A stretch of 61,913 nt of DNA, counting the filler, from Globobulimina sp. (lineage: Eukaryota), in NCBI GenBank assembly GCA_003354225.1. It is 29 parts of 29 records of this genome, joined end to end, with 100 filler letters (N's around TTAATTAATTAA, not from the genome) between each part and the next. Parts side by side here need not be neighbours in the genome. Positions count along the whole stretch, not along the records: positions 34,223 to 36,260 come from PIVH01009527.1; positions 36,361 to 38,398 come from PIVH01009528.1; positions 38,499 to 40,536 come from PIVH01009529.1; positions 40,637 to 42,674 come from PIVH01009530.1; positions 42,775 to 44,812 come from PIVH01009531.1; positions 44,913 to 46,950 come from PIVH01009532.1; positions 47,051 to 49,088 come from PIVH01009533.1; 22 more parts are not named here. One strand, given 5' to 3'. Shown here one piece after another: positions 36,151-48,132 of this stretch. The stretch's first letter is position 1; every line of letters starts with the position of its first letter. The position numbers and the translations under genes were made by a program. Below the pieces are notes generated by a model, which had not been told where the DNA came from, made no database searches, and saw only the letters and a program-made list of their open reading frames with translations.

Positions 36151-36260
36151 ATGAGGAATAAATGGGCGAATAAGTGTTTATTGTTTTTTAAGGGATGGGG
36201 CATAACTTTCATTGTTGCTCTTTTGATTACGACATCATTCAAATCAGCAATTGCAGACTG
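36151..36260 (+). CDS. lepB: Signal peptidase I, N-terminus (bacterial, truncated)
   Basis: AGGAG RBS; TM followed by SFKSAIAD(W), which precedes the catalytic Ser box. Confidence 0.7.
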
Positions 36261-36408
36261 NNNNNNNNNNNNNNNNNNNNNNNNNNNNNNNNNNNNNNNN
36301 NNNNTTAATTAATTAANNNNNNNNNNNNNNNNNNNNNNNNNNNNNNNNNNNNNNNNNNNNTTGTAAAATATTTGCTTTATGTTCTTATTTTTAGTTATTT
36401 AATGAGAT

Positions 36409-36514
36409 GAGCCTATGCTTCCTAAATAGTTGCCTAAATAGTTGCTCATTTTCGTTTTTAGATTGGAATAGCAACTAAATAGTTGCGCGGCAACTATTTA
36501 GGAAACCTAGGCTC
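36409..36514. mobile_element. 106-bp MITE with 8-bp target-site duplication
   Basis: 26-bp TIR GAGCCTA.G.TTCCTAAATAGTTGCC (2 mismatches), flanked by AATGAGAT at 36401-36408 and 36515-36522. Confidence 0.88.
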
Positions 36515-36797
36515 AATGAGATAAAATTAATTGCACAAATATCAGATGAATTAATTTTAAACAAAACGATTAAAGAGACACATTAAAGAAAAAGATTTCA
36601 AATATTCAAACACTGCACACTTCACACAAACACAAACTTAAAATAAGAATATCAGCTTCGATAAACTAACCAATATGATGTACATTCAAAAAATTAAAGA
36701 TAAAGAAGAAAAAATAGGAATTTTTGCTTTTTTTCCGTTAAACATTAGCTATATTCTGTTGGGTGAAAAGCAAAAATACCAATTAATACAATGCAAC

Positions 36798-37571
36798 TTA
36801 TTCAGAACAAACGGATGCTAAATTTGCGTGGGCCATACGCTGTTTTAGTCCATCCACCCATCGATGTTTCATTTGTAAAGAACCGGCCCTCCAAATATAT
36901 TCCCTGTTTTTCAGAGCCAATTTAAATTTAAATTGAGCGTCGCTCCCCGCAAACACTAATGACACCGCCTTGATCTTCGTTAAAGGAACACATTTATTCC
37001 ACCGCTTCTTCTCTTGGGCACTCACACCTTTTCGTACAGTCATTTGCCGATCACTCCATAACATATATCCGTCCTGGACCACCACCCATCGCTTGACATA
37101 TTTGCTTAAGATTTTAGAGGAAGACTGTTTGTGCGACAACCATCCTCGTAATGGCTCTAAACGTAATGAATCGGCCTTCACTGTGCGTTGGATATCTTTA
37201 TATATATCGTCCGCAATATTATTCAATGAATCAGAAGGTGAATGTACAACACTTATGTCTGGTTTTTGCGCTTTTTGTCCGGTAATGGTAGTTACGGTAT
37301 TTGCACGTGTTTTATGTCTGGTTTTTGTCGTTTTTGTAGGTTTTGTGGTATGTGTTCCTTCATCACTTGGTTGGGAATAACTGCTCATTGATGAATGAAT
37401 TATTGCTTCAATAAATTCGTCGTATAAAACGTTCTTCACATTACCTTCAAACGAATCGTATCGGTCATGTTGCGGTTGGGCGGATCGTGTTTTCTTTGAT
37501 GTTGGATGTGGTTCAAATTCGTTGCATGAACAGAGTTCAATCACTTTATTTCTTGGACAGACTGCTCCCAT
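36798..37571 (-). CDS. PH-domain protein with a possible N-terminal acylation motif (MGAVC)
   Basis: LRGWLSHKQ...KRWVVVQDGYMLWSD...REYIWRA...RWVDGL. Confidence 0.85.
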   Translation of the reverse strand: MGAVCPRNKVIELCSCNEFEPHPTSKKTRSAQPQHDRYDSFEGNVKNVLYDEFIEAIIHSSMSSYSQPSDEGTHTTKPTKTTKTRHKTRANTVTTITGQKAQKPDISVVHSPSDSLNNIADDIYKDIQRTVKADSLRLEPLRGWLSHKQSSSKILSKYVKRWVVVQDGYMLWSDRQMTVRKGVSAQEKKRWNKCVPLTKIKAVSLVFAGSDAQFKFKLALKNREYIWRAGSLQMKHRWVDGLKQRMAHANLASVCSE

Positions 37572-37731
37572 GGTACAAAGTTAAGTTTTCTGCATACAGA
37601 TGGTAAAAATTGTAGGTTCATCAGGACAAAATTTGCGATGTCTTTTCCATTCACGCATTTGTGGTTTATGCAGCTGTTGGTAACTGCTGACATATATATT
37701 CCGCTAATTCGCATACAATTCATTAATTTCA

Positions 37732-38398
37732 TTGCACGAAACGTACAGTATGAATTGTAGTAATACGCCACTTTGTGTTGCGAATTATTTTCTAAATTAT
37801 GATGATGAGAAATTCATACAATTTAATAATTCTGTCAGAACTCAACAGAATTGTATTTCCAACTATGCCATGCAAAGAAGACACATAAATGCCTCTCTAT
37901 TAAAATCCAGAAATCAGTTCATTAAAAAATTCAGATCACAGACACAAAGTAAGATGAATGTTGACAATATTAATGAAGATATAGATTATGATTCCGATCA
38001 ATATCGTCAAAGTGATATTTATTACAATAATTTTACAGAAGTTAATGCGAAAATTGATCACTTTGATTCAAATTATTTTATTAAAATCGATCGTATCAAT
38101 TTAAAAGATTCATTTTATTCATTAAAATGTCCATTATGCAAAATTAAATTACAATGTATTCCAATTCAAAATGGTAAAATATCATTTATTTGTTTTTGTT
38201 TTCCAAAATGTCAATATCCATTCAATTATCCATTGGAGATATATTGTAATAAATTTGTATGGCAGAATGTAAAATATATTGGACCCACTCAAACCATGTT
38301 ATCTGATGCAACAAACAGGTCATTGTTTGCTGGAAAGCAAAACAAATTCAAATTGAAAAGATGGGAAAACTATCAAAGTAAATTATCGAAAGCTTTGC
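37732..38398 (+). CDS. Hypothetical protein with a C4 zinc ribbon (likely start 37870; truncated)
   Basis: CPLC...CFCFPKCQYP. Confidence 0.5.
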
Positions 38399-38498
38399 NN
38401 NNNNNNNNNNNNNNNNNNNNNNNNNNNNNNNNNNNNNNNNNNTTAATTAATTAANNNNNNNNNNNNNNNNNNNNNNNNNNNNNNNNNNNNNNNNNNNN

Positions 38499-38790
38499 GG
38501 ACTGAGACGGATACTGTTGGCGGGCAAAGTCTCTCTGGCGGGATTTCTACTGATTCTTTCGATGAAAACAATCATCATCGTAGTCACGGCCATGATGGGT
38601 ACCATTCGCTCTCCTATCACCGCGTCTCTTCTGGTTACGGACGTCAACGCCGCATTGGTATTCGGAAGAAGAGGAATAATTGTAGGCACAATTTCAAGCT
38701 CCCTCGCAATATTCGGATTGATACAGGCAGAAAATGCCGGGCTTCTTCCCACTCCGGATTACACCAACAATATCACTCAATGGATTACCC
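38499..38790 (+). other. Bacterial-type membrane sensor fragment (TM region), probable chimeric piece
   Basis: About 50% GC; the hydrophobic frame ...GTIRSPITASLL...AALVFGRRG...LIQAENAGLLP...NITQWIT collides head-on with an intron-containing gene. Confidence 0.5.
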
Positions 38791-39865
38791 CAATCAGATG
38801 CATCGACATTTGGTGGCTTGATTTGCTCGATTTGTTTCTGATGTAATCTTGATTGATATCCAGCAATAACATCAACTAATTCTTGTGAGGAATTAATATG
38901 TTCCACATGCAATCCAAACAGTTGCAATTGATCAACAATGGATTCCAACGGTTTCAATTCTTCATACACGGCTGTAGAATTTATGACGATTATTAATTTC
39001 TCCTCAGGAGTGAAAGTTTGTAATAACGAAGTTACTGTCTGTGAATCAACGAGAAAATCATCAAATTCGTCATCAATGTGATGATTAATAATTGTAATAT
39101 GAGCTCCGGCGCTAAATAATTGCTTGACTGCTTCGAAACGACTGTCAGTATGAACGTCGTTGATGGAATAATGGATTTCTTCATTCGGTGATGAATCATA
39201 AATAATTATCTCAGGATAACCCACTGAAATGTAAACATAAATTGCGATAAAATATTTTAATGATAAATTGGTTACATTACTCAACTGATGGCAGCAATAA
39301 CAGTGAAAGGATGATCAAATATTGCACATAAGTTGTTGTCTTTACACTGCTGTGAACACAAAGAATCTAGAAATTGTGTTTCATTGTGCGATGGGTTTAC
39401 GGATTTAATAAAGACAACTGGTGGTATATTGCTGTATAAGTCCCGATGCAAATAAATGATGCGTGCACATGAAATATGACTTAACTCTACGTATTCGGCG
39501 TTTGGAGATGAAGGAGAACCTACGTTCATTTTCCCATTTTCTATTTGTTGATATATTCCTTTGATCGATTCTACAATTACGTGACGCCAACTATTGTTCA
39601 AAGTAAATGCAGACATATCAAACGGAGGAATAATGTAAATTGTATTTGATACAGGATTTGATTCAAGTTGGACGGAAATGTTTGGTATCGATACTGGTAA
39701 AAACGGACGTTGCGCTGTGTCAAATTTCATAATCACACTGCGTTCGTCTTGAAGAAATATGTTTTGGTCTGTGATCACATTGATATCTCTTGCATCATGG
39801 GATTGTTTCAAGAAAGAAGCTGTTAATGCTGTGATAAAAAGCAATGTCAAAGTCAAACAAAGCAT
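38791..39865 (-). CDS. Hypothetical secreted or membrane-anchored protein (intron 39285-39224; 3' end lost at the junction)
   Basis: A 62-nt GTTGAG..TTTCAG intron joins ORFs 39281..39865 and 38694..39284 in frame. Confidence 0.6.
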
Positions 39866-40437
39866 GTTTGTGGTCGACTAGTAAAAAACTTGAGATTTAT
39901 GTTACTGTCATCTGCATTTTTAATATCAAATAATAATATATCACCAATAATATCCATTTGGTTAGAATTGTAATAATACTGCAAGCAGATATTTCCTATT
40001 TTCAGAGGTACAACTTTGGAATATTGATTGATATATGCGAATACAGTGCGCATTGCAGCATCTGCGAATAAAATATGAGCATAAATAGTGGCACCTTTGA
40101 CCACTGGATACCAACAATGCCATTTATATAGTTTTTTACCACTAAATATTTGTTTAATAAGTTGCTGCATTTTGGGGATTTTTGTTGAACCACCAACCAA
40201 TACAACTTCATCCACATTACATTTATCCAATTGATTTTCCATCAATAATCGTTTTATCACATTTGGTAAATTCATATGTTGCCGAAAATATTGCATGAAA
40301 AAATCTTCAGGCTTAGCTCTACAAATTGATGCTGCAAAATCAATTCCATTATGCAATGAATCAATGTCAATGATAGCTCTTGAAGTGATTGATAATGTTT
40401 CTTTAGCTCTCATACATTGATGTCGTAACCGTCTCAT
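39853..40437 (-). pseudogene. Divergent Hsp70 nucleotide-binding-domain fragment
   Basis: RRLRHQCMRAKETLS, IDSLHNGIDF and DEVVLVGGSTKIPKMQQL; no substrate-binding domain, and it diverges into unrelated sequence. Confidence 0.75.
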
Positions 40438-40636
40438 TGCGCGCTTATTGTTTGGACAGTCAGTTTTGTGTCTTCTTTTAAACTCTCTATAGAGTACTGA
40501 ATTATACTATCTTTGTACTCCTTGTATAAATATTGTNNNNNNNNNNNNNNNNNNNNNNNNNNNNNNNNNNNNNNNNNNNNTTAATTAATTAANNNNNNNN
40601 NNNNNNNNNNNNNNNNNNNNNNNNNNNNNNNNNNNN

Positions 40637-40755
40637 ATGACTAACTAAGGTTTTTAATTAAATTTTATATTCATTCATTACAATTGCAAGATGTTCATGA
40701 ACAGACAATATTTTCAATTATTTTGATGATTTTCCAATCAGGCATTAAATGGAAA
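40637..40755 (+). repeat. 119-bp terminal direct repeat, copy 1
   Basis: Identical to 42556-42674. Confidence 0.95.
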
Positions 40756-42137
40756 ACTATGCAGTAGTTGAACTGTATTAATGATAAAGATGGCTTTGGT
40801 AATTTGACATATTGATTTATTAGAAATCGACTCCTGTCATAATTATTCATTTTATTCCATTTATCCAAGCTCATAACCTTTTTATTATATACCAAATCAT
40901 CTTTAAGTGTATTCATAATTTCATCTAAAGTCAAATCCCCATCTTTCCATTGTCTTGGATCATATTTGTTCATAGTTTTTTCATCACGAAAACACCAACC
41001 TCGATACACCATATTTGCTCGGATATTTCGCCAAGAGTATGTGTGATTTGTTGGCTCATTATCAACATATAGTCGCCAAACATTTCGCTCCTTATCAAAT
41101 CTCAAAAATGATGTAACGTGATCATCGAAATGAATTGGTTCGATAGCTGGTTTGTATGTAGCGGCGCCATGAATAATTTCTTGGTCCATAATTATGGCTG
41201 TTCGTGAATTTGATGCCACAATGACAGGCTTATTTTCTAACCCTGAAGGATAGAGCACAAATTCACCACCAAATTCGCTGTGTTGTGTCTGTTCAGATTG
41301 ATTTGCCTCTTGCCAATCATGTATGTATGCAATGGATATGACTTGACGAATGTTGTGTTGTTTGAATAAATTTGATTGTTGCATGACCTGCACCAGCCAG
41401 TCTGGGAACAAATAGCTTGATGGTCCGCTCAATGTGTCTCCATGACCTCGATTGATGAAAAATGGCGCATCCAAGTGATATGGTGTTAATTGTCCTGGTA
41501 AATGAAATATAAAATTTAACTCATGACTTCTGAAATAAGGATGTGTCGTGCCACAAATATCCATTCTTTTGGTTTGAAATAATTCATTCGATAAATAAGT
41601 TTCAAACATTTCCATACGTTCTTTGTTATTAAAGTTGTTGTAGTGGTTGAATGTATTTGTTCTATCTCTAAGTTTGTGTGGTGAATTTTTCCATCCTTCA
41701 TAACCACCAAACTTTCCGAGATGAAGGAAATTATGTATGTATCCTTGGTTTTGACATCTGTTTGTTGCATTGATTAATTTGGTAAGTGGTTTATGGCATT
41801 TGCCATTGATTGGTTCATAATCCTCTCCAATATTGTGCCACTTTCTACTTGCGTAATAATTGGGAGCTACTGTTGCTGAGTCGATTTTACCCAAGTTTTC
41901 AACCGCTTTCTTTAACTTTCGGTGTAGTGCCACTGATATGAATTCTTCAACTACATTGTACTTGTATCGAGTAGGGTAAGATGGGGCTGATAAGTCTGAC
42001 GGTGTTGACAGCGACCATTTGTATGCTATAAAACAGCATAAAATAACAATGAATGTATTCGTGATTTGCATGATCATACTTTTAATCAGGATACTTTTTT
42101 TTGCAGAGAATTGAATGACAAGACTAAAAATAACCAA
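40695..42137 (-). CDS. Membrane-anchored 2OG-Fe(II) oxygenase-like protein
   Basis: Intronless ORF; N-terminal TM; PGQLTPYHLD (HxD), SIAYIHDW, GGEFVLY and IIHG (distal His). Confidence 0.7.
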   Translation of the reverse strand: MVIFSLVIQFSAKKSILIKSMIMQITNTFIVILCCFIAYKWSLSTPSDLSAPSYPTRYKYNVVEEFISVALHRKLKKAVENLGKIDSATVAPNYYASRKWHNIGEDYEPINGKCHKPLTKLINATNRCQNQGYIHNFLHLGKFGGYEGWKNSPHKLRDRTNTFNHYNNFNNKERMEMFETYLSNELFQTKRMDICGTTHPYFRSHELNFIFHLPGQLTPYHLDAPFFINRGHGDTLSGPSSYLFPDWLVQVMQQSNLFKQHNIRQVISIAYIHDWQEANQSEQTQHSEFGGEFVLYPSGLENKPVIVASNSRTAIIMDQEIIHGAATYKPAIEPIHFDDHVTSFLRFDKERNVWRLYVDNEPTNHTYSWRNIRANMVYRGWCFRDEKTMNKYDPRQWKDGDLTLDEIMNTLKDDLVYNKKVMSLDKWNKMNNYDRSRFLINQYVKLPKPSLSLIQFNYCIVFHLMPDWKIIKIIENIVCS

Positions 42138-42555
42138 AACTTTCCATAATTAGCCATAATTTCGACGAAATTATGCTTAGCAGCAAATTATGCTTAGCAG
42201 CAGAAATTAATATTTCTCTTAAACATATCGATGTAAATTTTAATAGATCATTCTACGAAATATTCAGTAACTTGTTGATATATAATTTGTATAACTGCAG
42301 TGGTAACTAACAGTATGTACAATAATCATTTAAAAGCGAATAATTGCAATTTACTAAAACCACAAATATTTTCAATGTTTCCTAATATTATTAGTCAAAT
42401 ACAAATTAACAACATAGCGTGACACTGCTGCTTCATGGATACATTATTCCGAATATAAAATTTATTTGTTAGAATTGTTAAAATGTATCGACCACACGAG
42501 ATCATCACCTGATTTTGATAAAAACAGCTGGTTGTTTATAATGGTTTATCCGTGT

Positions 42556-42674
42556 ATGACTAACTAAGGTTTTTAATTAAATTTTATATTCATTCATTAC
42601 AATTGCAAGATGTTCATGAACAGACAATATTTTCAATTATTTTGATGATTTTCCAATCAGGCATTAAATGGAAA
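42556..42674 (+). repeat. 119-bp terminal direct repeat, copy 2
   Basis: Identical to the contig start; unit length 1919 bp. Confidence 0.95.
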
Positions 42675-42774
42675 NNNNNNNNNNNNNNNNNNNNNNNNNN
42701 NNNNNNNNNNNNNNNNNNTTAATTAATTAANNNNNNNNNNNNNNNNNNNNNNNNNNNNNNNNNNNNNNNNNNNN

Positions 42775-43207
42775 GGTTGCGGATAGATATTTTGTTAAAA
42801 AATTAAGGACATTTATTTATATTTTGTTTGGATTGACATTGGCTGTGTTGCTCGTGTTGTTGTTTGTTATTCCAAGTCCATTTTCAAACACTTCATTGAT
42901 CATTTTATCAAATGATAGTTCGCGATTAACAAAGAATATTGTTTTGAATGTATTGATTGGACTGTTGGGGTTCTGTGAGGGTGGTTTGGTTCCGTTATTT
43001 TATGAGTTATCGGCTGAAGTATCATATCCTGTTTCGGAAGGATCATCAGCGATGTTATTGGTGGTTGTGAACAATATCACGGGTTTAGTGTTCATCGGAA
43101 TTGGCAATTGGTTGAATACAAAATGGGAAACTTTCGCTGGCATTATTGTGTGCTCTTTGTCTGTGCTGTTGATATCAACAATTAAGGAACAATACAAAAG
43201 GAAATAA
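42775..43207 (+). CDS. MFS transporter, FLVCR/DIRC2 (SLC49)-like, C-terminus
   Basis: PLFYELSAEVSYPVSEGSS motif and IKEQYKR. Confidence 0.85.
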
Positions 43208-43321
43208 CATGACATTTTTTTAGATATTTCATTCAATATAATAGAAGTCTGTACTCTGTAAATCCGAAAATTCCGATCTAGTAATTCTTAAGACATTCCG
43301 ATCAAGACATACTGTCTCCAA

Positions 43322-43735
43322 ATGTCACAACAACAGCCTTCCAATAAAGGAAATAATATATCACGTGCACGTACAGCATCTTTGTACAATACAAATAATA
43401 CCATCAAACGCAATGATTTCGAAAGAGCAGTGCGTGCAACCAGTTATATGCATCGATTTAATAAAAGTTAAATGCGTTTTTCTATATTTCATTGTTGTTG
43501 CAGCAATGTTACCGTTGTTGTATACTGTTTTAATTCGTTCGTTGGTTTAGATCACGGCAGGATGCGACCGCAAAATGGAGGATTTAAAGTGAATGGCACA
43601 TTGGTTCAACCATCAAAGTTATCAAACAATCGCAAAAATATTGTTATTACTCAAAATAATCAAAATACCGGAAATCGACCAGTATCAAAAGTAGCAGCAC
43701 ATTATACTGATAATAAAATTGATAAATCCGCATGA
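43322..43735 (+). CDS. Small hypothetical protein with a probable intron (~43467-43550)
   Basis: The MSQQQPSNKG... exon joins the frame of ORF 43472 through GTTAAA..TTAG. Confidence 0.4.
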
Positions 43736-44912
43736 ATTATACATTGTATTAAATAGAAATAATCACAACAACGTTCATCGACAACATAATTTTTCGTTCG
43801 TTAACTTGATATTGTCTCTGATATTGTCTTTGTATGGCCTTTTGTGGCATTTTTGTGGTGTTTTTCTTATTATTTTTTCCTCTCTCAAACTGTTTAATTA
43901 TCCCTCCATTTATTATTTATTTTCTAATTTATTCGCGTTCTCTTTTCGTGCATTTCTTCATCTAAAATTTAGCAACGGTCCTCCGTTTATATGCTACAGA
44001 AAAGCGTTCCTGTATCCACTCAGAAGCAGAATCATGGCAACAATGCGCAACCAAACCAAAACAAAAAATAGAAACGATATTATCATAGATTGTTTATTCA
44101 TTTTAGAACTTATCGGAAAGCCAAAATAATCAGTTAAGCTCCAACAATATCAAATGATACGTTATAACAGAAACATATAGAAGATGTATAAAATAAATCA
44201 GATTGCGCATTTCGTGTCAATAGTTCAAAAGGCAGCTAGAATTATACTATTATGATCAAATTAAAACATAATTAGTTCTGTATCATTGATCAAACTTAAT
44301 GTTGTCTGTATATCAAAATTAAATTACACCTGCAGAACATAGGAAGTGGTTGTTTCTATTAACAACATGTGACATCGTAACGGCGTGTTGTGTCATATAC
44401 TCATATTGTGCATTTCCTTGAATCTGATTGTTTATGAGATATACAACAGGTAAGTAAGTAGTAGTAGGACAAAATTCAATCAGGCCTTAGGTCTGATTCC
44501 AGGCTCGCAGATTGCTGAAAAGAGCATTTCGTAAACTGAGAAAAACGTTTACTAAAAAACACAACAAATATTGAAAGATACAGTACTGTATAACGTTAAA
44601 AATCAAAATGCAAAGAAATGCAGACGGAAAATAGCGCGTAATATTATGCTATACATTGACTCCTTTTTTTATCCATTTTTTATTGATATCATTTTTATCG
44701 TTTTTTTCACCACATTTTAAACATACTGATATTTGATCACTATTTATATTATAACACTCATCACATTTCCATGTTGTTGCTTTATTTATATCAATTACTG
44801 GGAATTGTAATTNNNNNNNNNNNNNNNNNNNNNNNNNNNNNNNNNNNNNNNNNNNNTTAATTAATTAANNNNNNNNNNNNNNNNNNNNNNNNNNNNNNNN
44901 NNNNNNNNNNNN

Positions 44913-46510
44913 ACTGCTAAAGTGCAGTCCTTATTATTTTCAATTTTTCCACAAATAATAATATCATTTCCAGAATATAATGTATTAAATTTTGTGTTTG
45001 TTAAATTATTTACGTTTTTATTGTTATATTTAACATCAATATTTGATAAAATTGGTTTTGATAAAATACTAAAATATTCACTTAAAATAGAATCAGTGGA
45101 GGTTTGTTTAATTCGTTGATAAAAACCATTATTATTTACAGACAATAATTTCAAAAATGAATGATTTAAATCCTTAATCCAACCCGAATCATTTCCATCT
45201 CTCCCCACACCAAATGAAAATATACCGATTTTATTATTATATTTATCAATTTGAGCCAAATCGTTTGCGTTTTTAACATTTGTTAATATTTTTTTAGTGT
45301 CTGTTTGACCAGAATTTGCTTCGCCGTCTGTAACAAACACAATTTGATTAATAAAAAAATTATATGCACATTTATTATCATTATTTAACAATAATATATC
45401 GATTTTAATCAATTCAATGGCTTTTAATAAAGCATCATTAATATTGGTACTTCCGTCTGTTTTTTCATTTTGTAGCATCTCAATGCAATCTAATACACAT
45501 TGATCGTTGGTCAATATACAGCCTCTGGCATTTTTGTACGGCAATAATTGGATATTATTATCAAATAAAATAATCCCGAATCTATCCACTCCATTTCTTA
45601 ATTGTTGTATTGCGCAAATGGTGGCTGATATTGTTTTATCCCATTTGGACCCGCTCATACTTCCACTTCTATCAATTACAAATATAACACGTCGGGGGAT
45701 CAATATTTTGCTTTTATTGATTGCAATGTTTGAATCAGTGACAATATCAGAAATAATATGACAAAATGTATTGGAATTAGTATCAAATAAAATATGTGAA
45801 TCATTTTCTTCTCCCTTAATTTTATATTTTATAATTAATTCATTCATTGCTGATTGCAACATAATTCTGCCATTTATCTGGTATTTTTGGTTCATTTTAT
45901 CCATGATTTGCTGCTTAATTATTATATTCTCATTATTTAGCATTGGAATATTTACATTGAAAATGCCACTTTTATCCTCAATGTTGATTTGAAAAGAAAT
46001 ATGATCAAACTTTTGAGAGATATTATATTTAGCGAAATTTCTTAATATCTGAATGTTTAATTGATTGAAATCGAATTGTTTCTGTAAATATTGTTCGATT
46101 TGAAGTGTTAATAAAACCTTTGATTTTGCATCAATATTTGTTTTGATTTCAAATACATTTGGAATATGTTTGTGTGGCTGAGATATTAAAATTGCATTTT
46201 CATTTTTTTGTTTTGCTACTTTATATTCCTTTGATGCAGTTTGTTTTTCTTTTGTTTGTCCGATAAATAATTCACCGTCGATTGAAGCTTCAAATTTTGA
46301 AATAAATGCATTTGGATCAATGGTTATTTCAAACTTGAGTTCTTTGCTTCCGTTTTTGTTTAGATTTTCAAAATCAAACAAATATACAATAGTTGAATAC
46401 CTATTTTTGATACTTGCAGATATTTCATGTTTATGGAGCGCAATCATTTCTCCTTTCACTTTGCTTTTACGAGTTGCCATTCCTGGTTTCATGCGTTTTC
46501 GAGTTGCCAT
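44913..46510 (-). CDS. VIT + vWA domain protein (ITIH-like; truncated)
   Basis: VIT-like AFISKFEASID..FIGQTKEK; MIDAS motifs DRSGSMS, STNINDAL and FVTDGEAN. Confidence 0.92.
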
Positions 46511-46579
46511 TTGCAGAAGATATTTTAGTAATATCAGTTGATAAAAAAACCATTTTGAATTTAATCATTATTTGAAACC

Positions 46580-46950
46580 ATGTCGCTGGTTGCTTTAATT
46601 TTAATTTCGTCACAATTTGTCGCACCTAATAATGCATACACAGAGATTATCGACACTAATTCCCCCGACCAATACAATAATACAGAAATAAAATGTTCGG
46701 GCTCTCGTAACTGCAAAGTCATATGTGATGAAGATAGATCTTGTTCTGGTGCTACCATAACCTGTCCAGATCATTTCCCATGTGATATTACATGCTCTGG
46801 TAAGCAATCCTGTGAAACTGCAACAATAACATGTCCATACGGTCAATCTTGTATAGTAAATTGCAATGATGCCCGTTCCTGTCAATCTACAACTATTAAT
46901 GCTCAATATTCATCACAATTTATATTAAAAGACTGTGCTTCGGATTTATC
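46580..46950 (+). CDS. Secreted Cys-rich repeat protein (truncated)
   Basis: Repeats of C.v.C....SC..atI.CP. Confidence 0.75.
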
Positions 46951-47066
46951 NNNNNNNNNNNNNNNNNNNNNNNNNNNNNNNNNNNNNNNNNNNNTTAATT
47001 AATTAANNNNNNNNNNNNNNNNNNNNNNNNNNNNNNNNNNNNNNNNNNNNTTAAATAATTTAGTAA

Positions 47067-48132
47067 ATGGTCAGTGGCAAGGGACTCTACAAAGATGCAA
47101 AGTTGTGCTTACCTTGCGCGGGGCGGGGTATGATACATTTCGCTTTTGGGAAAATGCCGCATGCAATGCGTTACACATTTCAGAGGAAATGCCACTATTT
47201 ATTCCAACCGCGCTCAAATACAATTATGTTTGAAGAATTATGGCAAAGTAATATCAGACTGCGACCGATCGATAGCATTACAGCCAAACACTTACAAATC
47301 ATATTGGAGGGCAGCTACTGCTTCTCGTGCATTGTCAAAATACGACCGAGCTATAAAATATTGCCACGATGGGATTGTTATAATGCACAAACTGATTGAA
47401 AACGAAAAACAAAACCCAACGCTGACTAAATCCGATCAGCAACGAAATGAAGATTCAGACAGTTCATCGGAGGAAAGTTCTGAGGATGATACTAAAAAAA
47501 AGAAAAAAAAAGTCGTAAAGACTGAATTGGAAAAATTGAATGGACAGTTTTTGAAATTGAAAACGTTGAAAGAAACGTGCGTTTCTCAGAAATTAGCTGT
47601 GGAAACGGAAAAAAAATTAAAACTGCAAAAAGAAATGGAGTTGAAAATGAATGTAGAGAATGAAAAGAATTTGGTGATGGATGCATTGAAAAAGAGAGAG
47701 ATTGTGCTTGGAAATGAGGATAAATATAATTTGAATGAAACGTATGGGAGAAAATACAAAATTGTGTATGATGCGAAAATGGATAAATTGGTGTTTCCGG
47801 TTTTGTTTATTTATCCAGAATATGATGAATCGGATTTTATTAAATCGTTTGGAGAGAGTCAACATTTTATGGATCATTTTACGAATATGTTTGCGCCAAA
47901 TGCAAGCGGGCCAGGTTGGGACAAACGGAATAAATATGTATCGCATCGGTTGTGTGTTTATTATGAGACAAAGGATAGATTCGTGAATGTGAATGTTAAC
48001 AAATCATTGAGGGATATTGTTGAGAGAAAGGATTATGTTATACATGTATTGCCTGTGTTTTTTGTGTTGTCAAAGGATTCTGAGTTTAGGCAAAAGTTTG
48101 TGAAACGGAAATCTGATGCTATACTCAAATAA
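47067..48132 (+). CDS. TTC4: TTC4/Cns1-like TPR co-chaperone (5' end frame-broken or uncertain)
   Basis: TPRs IYSNRAQIQLCLKNYGKVISDC and wheel domain LVFPVLFIYPEYDESDFI...MF...PGWD. Confidence 0.85.

Noticed and set aside
29947-36260. Apparent cluster of ABC-GNAT with TauE, SpoU and lepB as an RNA-modification operon
   Set aside because: The genes lie on different contigs separated by a linker, so adjacency is meaningless
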